Below, in pieces: positions 15,331 through 21,785 of a stretch of DNA of 32,307 nt (position 1 is the first letter of the stretch; every line of letters starts with the position of its first letter). Origin of the DNA: an uncultured Acidobacteriota bacterium. Its GTDB lineage: Bacteria; Acidobacteriota; Polarisedimenticolia; J045. The notes below the pieces were generated by a model. That model made no database searches. It saw only the letters and a list, made by a program, of their open reading frames with translations, and had not been told where the DNA came from. A program made the translations under genes and the position numbers. Where the stretch lies: the NCBI GenBank assembly GCA_964476985.1, contig CAYZDB010000002.1:1-32307 (forward strand), read 5' to 3'.

Positions 15331-15986
15331 GGCGGTCTCGCGAGGTAGAAGGGCAAGGAGGCGACTCCTCGCAAGCGCGGCCGTGGCCCTTGCGTTGGCT
15401 CGGCTCGCTGCTGTTGGTGAGTGTGGTCCATATCGCAACACCGGCCCTCCTCGCGGAGGCGGGCTCTGCGGAATACGCACGGAGTCGCGATCAGCTGTTC
15501 GTTGTGTGCTTCATCGCATTCCTCCTATTCATCGTTCTCGTCTCATACCTACGGGGGCGAAGACGCGAGTTCTCGCAAACGCGGCGGTGGGACCTGCGCT
15601 GGATCGGCCCACTGCTGCTGGCGGGTTTGGTTTACCTCGCGACAAGGGCGCATCTCGCGGAGGCGGGATCCGCGGATTACGCCCGACGTCACGGCCGGCT
15701 CTTCACAGTGTGTCTGCTCGCGTTTCTCCTATTCGTAGTCCGAGTCAGTACTCGCCCGGCCCCCTCGTTGATCAAGGCGGCTCGTAGCGCCGACCAGAAG
15801 TCGGAGTACATCCGCGGTGGGTGGATGTCGATCGACCTGGCCTTGCTCCTGTCTGCGGCCGCGGCAGTATTCGTGCTGGATTGGAGTGGCTGGCGCGACT
15901 ATCTCGTACAGATCGGCGTGGTCTCGGCGCTCATAATTGTTCGCATCGTTGTCAGTCTCGTCCAACGGGCGTTGGGAAAGAAGTGA
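15327..15986 (+). CDS. 219-aa, about 6-TM membrane protein with internal tandem duplication; candidate immunity protein for orphan tip 2
   Basis: GTG 15327 overlaps the orphan stop (GTGA). Hydrophobic helices: WLGSLLLVSVVHIATPALLA, LFVVCFIAFLLFIVLVSYL, WIGPLLLAGLVYLATRAHLA, LFTVCLLAFLLFVVRVS, IDLALLLSAAAAVFVLDW, IGVVSALIIVRIVVSLV. A sampled block is low in GC (15481-15540: 31/60). The start codon is uncertain. Confidence 0.65.
   Translation: MRRSREVEGQGGDSSQARPWPLRWLGSLLLVSVVHIATPALLAEAGSAEYARSRDQLFVVCFIAFLLFIVLVSYLRGRRREFSQTRRWDLRWIGPLLLAGLVYLATRAHLAEAGSADYARRHGRLFTVCLLAFLLFVVRVSTRPAPSLIKAARSADQKSEYIRGGWMSIDLALLLSAAAAVFVLDWSGWRDYLVQIGVVSALIIVRIVVSLVQRALGKK
15378..15785 (+). repeat. Tandem 204-nt (68-codon) duplication inside the candidate immunity gene
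   Basis: Unit 1: RPWPLRWLGSLLLVSVVHIATPALLAEAGSAEYARSRDQLFVVCFIAFLLFIVLVS. Unit 2: RRWDLRWIGPLLLAGLVYLATRAHLAEAGSADYARRHGRLFTVCLLAFLLFVVRVS. The Trp codons sit at 15384 and 15588. Similarity is visible at DNA level too (ctcgcggaggcgggctctgcggaatacgc vs ctcgcggaggcgggatccgcggattacgc). Confidence 0.85.
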
Positions 15987-16083
15987 CCGCACACGGCGTG
16001 GTTCGCACGAGGTTGCCGGCCAGGCAGAGTGCGGCGGGGCGAAGTGGCGTTGAAGGCCCCGCGGACGCCATCGGCGGGCCGGG

Positions 16084-16542
16084 TCAGGAGCGCTTGCGAC
16101 TTCGCTCCAGCGCCCGAACGTCGGCAAGATCCTGCGCGCGCGCAGTGGCCCGCTTGGCTGCGAGCAGGTCGTCGAGGCCGATGATCTCGACCGGGACGTC
16201 CGCCCACCGCGCCTGGAGACGCCGCTCCCAGGCCGCCGGGAAGTCGACTCCCGGGATCGTGCGGAAGATCTCGACCCGAACGGGTGCGGCGCCCATCCAC
16301 ACGATGTCATTCGGCCCGGCACTCTGGAGTTCTGCGAGTGCGGCAGCCGGCGCGCCGAAGGCCCGGAGTGCCGCGAGAACGCGGGAGAGATTCGACGGCT
16401 CCTCGCCGATCCAGAGGCCGAGGTCTTTCGTGAAGCGCGGGCGGCCGTGGAACGCGACGGCGTAGCCGCCCACGACGAGGTACTCAGCGTTCGCCGCGGC
16501 GAGTGCCGAAAAGAGATCTCTCAAGTCGGGGTGGAGGTCCAT
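16084..16542 (-). CDS. Nucleotidyltransferase-fold (MNT/AbiEii-like, DUF-type) protein, candidate toxin-antitoxin-like component
   Basis: MDLHPDLRDLFSALAAANAEYLVVGGYAVAFHGRPRFTKDLGLWI carries the hhGG-x(n)-D-x-[DE] NTase signature region, but reads D-L-G where relatives as I recall them read D-x-D. GC3 bias supports the frame. Confidence 0.75.
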   Translation of the reverse strand: MDLHPDLRDLFSALAAANAEYLVVGGYAVAFHGRPRFTKDLGLWIGEEPSNLSRVLAALRAFGAPAAALAELQSAGPNDIVWMGAAPVRVEIFRTIPGVDFPAAWERRLQARWADVPVEIIGLDDLLAAKRATARAQDLADVRALERSRKRS

Positions 16543-16714
16543 CGTTGCCCTCGATTGCCCACGCCTCTTCGACCAACTGCCACGCGGCGGCCAGCCGCAT
16601 CTCGGGTGGCGCGGCGAGCCAGAACGCGATCTCCGCGTCGAGAGCCTCGGCCCCGTGGCGGACGCGCCCCGCGGTCCAGCCCGGGCGCGTTGCAGGGTTC
16701 CGTTCGATCGTCAT
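16484..16714 (-). CDS. 76-aa small protein, upstream partner of the NTase-fold gene (antitoxin-like)
   Basis: ATG is at 16714. GC3 is high until the 59-nt overlap with the downstream gene. The tail ..AAWQLVEEAWAIEG..PRLERSLFGTRRGER resembles the C-terminal RL[EQ]R-type tail of small partner proteins found upstream of such NTase genes. That is recollection, not verified. Confidence 0.5.
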   Translation of the reverse strand: MTIERNPATRPGWTAGRVRHGAEALDAEIAFWLAAPPEMRLAAAWQLVEEAWAIEGNDGPPPRLERSLFGTRRGER

Positions 16715-16803
16715 GCACTGATTCTAGCAGAGGCCCGGCGAGAAGACGGCTGCCACCTGGCTGCGCGAAACCCTGAGCGTCTCCGACCCACGGCGCCACG
16801 GGA

Positions 16804-17955
16804 TTAGCGCAGCCGCTCCCCGTCGATCCGGAACCTCGCCACCCGGTCCTCGAGCACGGTCACGCCGATCCCCGGCCCGTGCGGCACCTCGATGAAGCCG
16901 TCCGCGCCCAGCACCACCGGCGGCTCGACCAGGTCTTCGTGGAAGTAGCGGCGGGTCTCCGAGGTGTCTCCCGGCAGCATGAATCCCGGCACCGTCTGCA
17001 GGTGGATGTTGACCGCCCGGCCGATCCCGGTCTCGTCCATGCCGCCCGACCAGGCCGGGGCCCCGCGCGCGGCGCAGGCCGCGGCGATCCGGACCGACTC
17101 CAGGAGCCCCCCGACCCGCCCCTGCTTGATGTTGACGATCCGGCAGGCCCCCAGCTCGAGCGCGGCGCAGGCGTCGTCCAGCGAGTGGATCGACTCGTCG
17201 AGGCAGAGCGGGGTCGCCAGGTGCCGCTGCAGCGTCGCGTGCTGCACGATGTCGGCGTACGACAGCGGCTGCTCGATCATCGTCAGCCCGAAGGGGTCGA
17301 GCTGCGCCAGGTGGTCGGCGTCGGCCAGGCTGTAGTCGCCGTTGGCGTCGGCCATCAGCTGGATCTCCGGGAAGCGCTCGCGCACGGCGCGCACCCACTC
17401 CACGTCGCGGCCGCGCATGATCTTGATCTTGACCCGGTGGTAGCGGTGCCGGACCGCCTCGTCGACGGCGGCCAGCAGCGCCTCGACCGAGTCCTGCAGC
17501 CCGATGCTGATCCCCGACGGGATCGGCTTGCGGGGCGCGCCGAGCAGCTCGTGGAGCGGCTGGCCGGCGCGCTTCGCGAGCAGGTCGAGCAGCGCGTTCT
17601 CGATCGTCGCCTTGGCCATCCCGTGGCCGCGCACCCGGCGGAACCGCGCCGCGAGCGCCCCGACCGTCAGCCCCGGCTCGACGCAGGGCAGCAGGAAGTC
17701 GCGGAGGATGTGCCGCGCGGTGGTGGTCGTCTCGCTGGCGTAGTACGGGTCCGGATCGGCGACGCACTCCCCCCAGCCGACGAGGCCGCCGGCCTCGACC
17801 CGCAGCAGCACCGCCTCCTTGCAGGTCCAGGTGGCGACGCTGGTGCCGAACGGGCTGACGAAGGGGAGGCGCACCACGATCACGTCGACGCGGTCGAGCG
17901 CGGGGATCTCGAGCGCCTCGATCCGGTCGAGCGGCGACGGGGACGGCGGCGTCAT
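16804..17955 (-). CDS. menC: o-Succinylbenzoate synthase / N-acylamino-acid racemase family enzyme (enolase superfamily, MLE subgroup)
   Basis: KxK motif in RVKIKIMRG. Metal ligand contexts: LMADANGDY, MIEQPL, LCLDESI. Second catalytic Lys in IVNIKQGRVGG. No other men genes are in the window, so racemase versus OSBS remains open. Confidence 0.8.
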   Translation of the reverse strand: MTPPSPSPLDRIEALEIPALDRVDVIVVRLPFVSPFGTSVATWTCKEAVLLRVEAGGLVGWGECVADPDPYYASETTTTARHILRDFLLPCVEPGLTVGALAARFRRVRGHGMAKATIENALLDLLAKRAGQPLHELLGAPRKPIPSGISIGLQDSVEALLAAVDEAVRHRYHRVKIKIMRGRDVEWVRAVRERFPEIQLMADANGDYSLADADHLAQLDPFGLTMIEQPLSYADIVQHATLQRHLATPLCLDESIHSLDDACAALELGACRIVNIKQGRVGGLLESVRIAAACAARGAPAWSGGMDETGIGRAVNIHLQTVPGFMLPGDTSETRRYFHEDLVEPPVVLGADGFIEVPHGPGIGVTVLEDRVARFRIDGERLR

Positions 17956-17986
17956 CGCGTGGCCTCGCTTTCCTGTCGCCGCGGCA

Positions 17987-19387
17987 TCAGGGCCGCTCGG
18001 CGAGCGTGACCTCGCCGTCCAGCTCGAGCCGGAATCGCCCGCGCCCCGAGGGCGCGATCCGGATCGCCGGGCAGCGCTCCTCGAGCCGCCGCCGCAGCAG
18101 GATCAGCCGGCTCTCGAGGTTGTCCTTGATCACCGGGAGCTGCAGCGACTTGTCGAGCCGCAGCAGGCGGTTGGTGAACTCGCCGCGCCCCTCGTCGCGG
18201 TGCTCGCGCAGCACCTTGCGCAGGATCTTCGCCGGCAGCCCGCGGACCAGGTACTCGCCGTCGACCAGCACGCACTCGTCGGCGGCGTAGTAGGCGACCT
18301 CGAGCGCGGCCGGCGCGGCGCCGGGGACCGCCGTCGCCGCGTCGCGCGCCGCCCCGGGCGCGGCCGGCGGCGCCGCCCCGGCCGGCTCCTCGACCTCCTC
18401 GGTGCGCTCGCGGTGCAGCACGTTCTGGATGGCGATCGCCAGGTAGCCGCCCAGCACCTCCAGGTAGGCCCGGTCCTCCTCGTGGAAGCGGTAGGCCTGC
18501 TCGCTCTCGATGCAGAGCACGCCGACCAGGTCGTCGTGCGCCAGCAGCGGGATCCCCAGCACGCTGTCCGGGTTGGCGAGGCCCGGGAGCGGGATCCGCC
18601 GGTCCTCCGGGCAGAGCCCGCGCTCCTGCGCGCGCCGCGCGACGGCGAAGGCGTAGAGCATCTGCCGCAGCATCCCCGAGATCCGGACCGGCTTCCTCGC
18701 CTCGGCCACCATCCCGATGATCCCCTCGCCGAAGCCGACCTCCGAGCCGGCGCCCCCCGGCGGGTAGCCGCGGCTGGCGATCAGCTCCAGCCGGTCCGGC
18801 CGCTCCGAGGCCAGCAGGATCATCGAGTGGCGGAAGCCGAAGGAGTTCTCCAGCGACTCCAGGACCGAGTCGAGCAGGCCGTCGAGCGTCGCGGCGCGGT
18901 GGATCCGGTCCGAGAACTCCTGCAGCGCGCGCATCGTGAACGGGACGCCGGCGGCCGGCCGCGGCGCGGCGGCCCCCGCGGGGCGGCCCCGCTCATGCGG
19001 GACCGGTTCGATCGCCAGGACCTCGTAGATGTCGGCCCCCAGCAGCTTGAAGATCCCCTTCAGCCCGCTGTGCGAGGCGATCGCCTCGATCCGCAGCTTC
19101 ATCGACTCGAACAGCGGGCCGGCCGTCTCGGTCCGGACGAAGCGGACCGACAGGGCGTACATCTGCAGCGTGTCGGGGTCGTAGAGCCGGACCAGCGCGC
19201 GCGGGTTCTCCGCGATGTTGCGCTTGCTCTTGTTGAAGAACTGGAACGACAGCGCGACGTGCGAGGGGTCGACGTAGTCGACGTGGCTGAGCATCGCGAC
19301 GTTGGGAACGCCCGCGGCGGAGCAGGTGCAGAGCCAGGCCGGCAGCAGGCCCTGGAAGCAGGGGGTGAGCGTCTCGAGCGGGATCAT
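17987..19387 (-). CDS. Three-domain one-component regulator: PNPOx-like split-barrel + GAF + OmpR/PhoB-type winged-helix-like C-terminus
   Basis: N-terminus: LLPAWLCTCSAAGVPNVAMLSHVDYVDPSHVALSFQFFNKSKRNIAENPRALVRLYDP (PNPOx-like). Middle: LDGLLDSVLESLENSFGFRHSMILLAS..GEGIIGMVAEARKPVRISG..VLGIPLLAHDDLVGVLCIESEQAYRFHEEDRAYLEVLGGYLAIAI (GAF). C-terminus: GLPAKILRKVLREHRDEGRGEFTNRLL..NLESRLILLRRRLEE..IRIAPSGRGRFRLEL, which resembles the wHTH ...ISRLRRKLE...I.TVRG.GY.L. Confidence 0.8.
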   Translation of the reverse strand: MIPLETLTPCFQGLLPAWLCTCSAAGVPNVAMLSHVDYVDPSHVALSFQFFNKSKRNIAENPRALVRLYDPDTLQMYALSVRFVRTETAGPLFESMKLRIEAIASHSGLKGIFKLLGADIYEVLAIEPVPHERGRPAGAAAPRPAAGVPFTMRALQEFSDRIHRAATLDGLLDSVLESLENSFGFRHSMILLASERPDRLELIASRGYPPGGAGSEVGFGEGIIGMVAEARKPVRISGMLRQMLYAFAVARRAQERGLCPEDRRIPLPGLANPDSVLGIPLLAHDDLVGVLCIESEQAYRFHEEDRAYLEVLGGYLAIAIQNVLHRERTEEVEEPAGAAPPAAPGAARDAATAVPGAAPAALEVAYYAADECVLVDGEYLVRGLPAKILRKVLREHRDEGRGEFTNRLLRLDKSLQLPVIKDNLESRLILLRRRLEERCPAIRIAPSGRGRFRLELDGEVTLAERP

Positions 19388-19857
19388 CGCAGCGGCTCGC
19401 CGGCACCGGGGCCCGGCGTCTGCTCGTACAGCTCGGTCACGCGCAGCCGCAGCGCCACCGCGGGCCAGACCGCCCAGCCGGCGGTCAGCGCGCGGGGGAT
19501 GCCGATCGCCTCGAGCTGCGCGAGGAAGCCGTCGGCCTGGCGCTCGACCTCGGCCCGCTCCCCCGGCCGGGCGCGGCGCGAGGATTCGAAACGCCCCTTG
19601 ACCTGGCAGGCCCGGTTGTCGACCGGCCGGTCGAAGGCGAGCGCGATCTCGGGGTGCCGCTCGAGGTTCCGCAGCAGGGCCGGCGCGGCCCGGCCGTGGA
19701 CGAAGACGGTCAGGTGCGCGCCGTCGGGGTCGATCCGCACGGCCCAGGCCCGGGCCCCGTCCGGGCTCAGTTCGCCGTCGCGGGTGCCGACCGTGATCGA
19801 CAGGCCGGACTCCAGGTAGGCCGCAAGTTCGGCGGAAATCGACGCCAGCGAGGTCAT
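19384..19857 (-). CDS. Pyridoxamine 5'-phosphate oxidase-like (FMN-binding split-barrel) family protein
   Basis: SGLSITVGTRDGELSPDGARAWAVRIDPDGAHLTVFVHGRAAPALLRNLERHPEIALAF fits the PNPOx-family pattern. Its stop overlaps the start of the downstream regulator (ATGA at 19384-19387), so the two form an operon. Confidence 0.8.
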   Translation of the reverse strand: MTSLASISAELAAYLESGLSITVGTRDGELSPDGARAWAVRIDPDGAHLTVFVHGRAAPALLRNLERHPEIALAFDRPVDNRACQVKGRFESSRRARPGERAEVERQADGFLAQLEAIGIPRALTAGWAVWPAVALRLRVTELYEQTPGPGAGEPLR

Positions 19858-19868
19858 CGGTCGGGCCT

Positions 19869-19912
19869 TAGGAAGAGTTTAGGAAAAGTGTAGGACAGCT
19901 TGAGGAACACCG
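19869..19912 (+). promoter_or_regulatory. Four direct heptamer repeats at exact 11-bp phasing (TAGGAAG / TAGGAAA / TAGGACA / GAGGAAC); candidate operator/activator site in a divergent promoter
   Basis: Repeat starts are at 19869, 19880, 19891 and 19902. The patch is AT-enriched in an otherwise very GC-rich spacer. It is followed by the perfect 14-bp palindrome CCGCCCCGGGGCGG (19910-19923) and a -10-like TATTGT (19928-19933). Confidence 0.55.
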
Positions 19913-19985
19913 CCCCGGGGCGGTCGGTATTGTCCCCGAAACGGCCGGACGAGCCGGCCGCCGTCACCCGAGGGAGGGATACCCG

Positions 19986-20600
19986 ATGTCGCACCGCAGG
20001 AACCCGTCGCCGGCGCACCGCGCCCTGCTCCTTCTCGCCGCCCTGCCGCTGGCCGCGCTGTCCGCGCGGGCCGCCGGCCCGGCCGGCCCCGCTGCCCCCG
20101 CCACTCCCGCCGCCCCCGCCGACGCCCAGGTCGCGCGCGGCGCCTACCTGGTCAAGATCATGGTCTGCAACGACTGCCACACGCCGTGGAAGGTCGGTCC
20201 GCGCGGGCCGGAACCGGACATGTCGCGCGCGCTGTCGGGCCACCCGCAGGACCTGGTGATGCCCCCGCCCCCGGCGCTGGGCGGCGGGCCGTGGGTCTGG
20301 GCCGGCGCCGGCTCGAACACGGCGTTCGCGGGACCCTGGGGGGTCAGCTTCGCGGCGAACCTGACGCCGGACCGGGAGACCGGGCTGGGGACCTGGACCG
20401 CCGAGACCTTCCTGGCCGCGCTGCGCACCGGGCGCCACGAGGGGCAGGGGCGCCCGATCCTGCCGCCGATGCCGTACCCGTGGTTCCGCCAGGCGACGGA
20501 CGAGGACCTGCGCGCGATCTTCGCCTACCTGCAGTCGCTCGCGCCGATCCGCAACCGCGTTCCGCTGCCGGTCGAGCCGGCCGCGGCGCCCGCGCATTGA
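19986..20600 (+). CDS. Secreted mono-haem c-type cytochrome
   Basis: ATG 19986 follows GAGGGAGGG (19971-19979). Signal peptide: ALLLLAALPLAALSARAAG. Haem motif: YLVKIMVCNDCHTP (CXXCH). The distal region PILPPMPYPWF..DEDLRAIFAYLQS is typical of cytochrome c domains. Confidence 0.85.
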   Translation: MSHRRNPSPAHRALLLLAALPLAALSARAAGPAGPAAPATPAAPADAQVARGAYLVKIMVCNDCHTPWKVGPRGPEPDMSRALSGHPQDLVMPPPPALGGGPWVWAGAGSNTAFAGPWGVSFAANLTPDRETGLGTWTAETFLAALRTGRHEGQGRPILPPMPYPWFRQATDEDLRAIFAYLQSLAPIRNRVPLPVEPAAAPAH

Positions 20601-20632
20601 GCGCCGGGCCGCGCCGGCGGACGAGGACCCCG

Positions 20633-21718
20633 ATGCGCTCGTGCAGGACGGCGAGGCGGCTCGTGCCCGCGCTGCTGGTGCTGCTGGCCGGCGGCTCGGG
20701 CCTGGCGCGCTCCGGCTCTCCCGCGACGATGACCGCCGCGCCGCCCCGGCTGTCCGAGACCGGGCTCTACGCGGCGGACGGCTCGATCGACCCGCGCAAC
20801 CTGCCGTACGCGCCGCAGTACCCGCTCTGGACCGACGGCGCCGCGAAGGCCCGCTGGATCCGGCTGCCGGAAGGGGAGGCGATCGACGTCTCCGATCCCG
20901 ACGCGTGGCGCTTCCCGGCCGGGACGATCCTCTGGAAGGAGTTCGCGTTCCACGGCCGCAAGGTCGAGACGCGGATGATCTGGCAGACCGACGCGGGGAC
21001 CTGGGAGTTCGCGACCTACGCCTGGAACGAGGCGCAGACCGACGCGCTGCTGGTCCCGCCCGAGGGGATCCCCGACGCGGCCGAGATCGCGCCGGGCCGC
21101 CGCCACGCGATCCCCGGCGTCGCCGACTGCCTCTCGTGCCACGCCTCGTCGCCGTCGCCGGTGCTGGGCTTCAACGCGCTGCAGCTCTCCGACGACCGCG
21201 ACCCCCTGGCCCCGCACGCCGAGCCGCCCCGGCCCGGGATGGTGACGCTGCGCGCGCTCGTCGACTTCAACCGGCTCGACCCGCCGCGTCCCGCGTGGGC
21301 CGCCGACCCGCCGCGGATCCGCGCCGCGGACCCGGTGGCGCGCGCCGCGCTCGGCTACCTCTCCGCGAACTGCGGCCACTGCCACAACGACCGCGGCCCG
21401 CTCGCGCGCCTGGGCTTCTCGCTCCGTCACGACGAGGCCGGGGAGCGCGGCGCCCCCGAGCCGGCGCTCGCGACCGCGGTGGGGGCGCCGGGGCGCTTCG
21501 TCGTCCCGGGCGTTTCCCGCGACGACTCGCGCCTCGTCGCGCCCGGTCTTCCCGCGCACAGCGCGCTGCTGCACCGGATGGAGACGCGCCGCCCGGCGAC
21601 GCAGATGCCGCCCCTCGGGACCGTGATCGAGGACGAGGACGCGACCCGGCTGGTCCGGGCCTGGATCGTGTCGTTGAGCGCCGGGGATCCCGGGGCTATC
21701 CTCGCGCCCTCCCGCTAG
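20633..21718 (+). CDS. Secreted dihaem c-type cytochrome (resembles the SO_2930/HNE_0200-type family by the LSETGLY N-terminal motif; recollection only)
   Basis: ATG 20633 is in frame inside track ORF 20186..21718. Signal peptide: RRLVPALLVLLAGGSGLA. There are two CXXCH motifs, CLSCH and CGHCH. Confidence 0.8.
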   Translation: MRSCRTARRLVPALLVLLAGGSGLARSGSPATMTAAPPRLSETGLYAADGSIDPRNLPYAPQYPLWTDGAAKARWIRLPEGEAIDVSDPDAWRFPAGTILWKEFAFHGRKVETRMIWQTDAGTWEFATYAWNEAQTDALLVPPEGIPDAAEIAPGRRHAIPGVADCLSCHASSPSPVLGFNALQLSDDRDPLAPHAEPPRPGMVTLRALVDFNRLDPPRPAWAADPPRIRAADPVARAALGYLSANCGHCHNDRGPLARLGFSLRHDEAGERGAPEPALATAVGAPGRFVVPGVSRDDSRLVAPGLPAHSALLHRMETRRPATQMPPLGTVIEDEDATRLVRAWIVSLSAGDPGAILAPSR

Positions 21719-21785
21719 AACGGTCAGCGGACACCCGGCATTCGCGCTCGCGAGGGGCCGGCCGAAGGAACCGAGGAGAAGAACG

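Noticed and set aside
5823-16027. Possible att-like direct repeat bounding the island: TGCCGGCCA at about 5826-5834 and about 16013-16021
   Set aside because: Only 9 nt are shared and the sequence is entirely GC-type, so in this composition such matches are expected by chance. No integrase or tRNA gene is nearby.
16724-19819. ORFs 16724..17767 (-), 16879..18009 (+), 17819..19819 (+), 17952..18275 (-) and 18993..19406 (-)
   Set aside because: They are alternative frames or antisense of the enolase-family and PNPOx-GAF genes, with Arg/Pro/Gly-rich translations.
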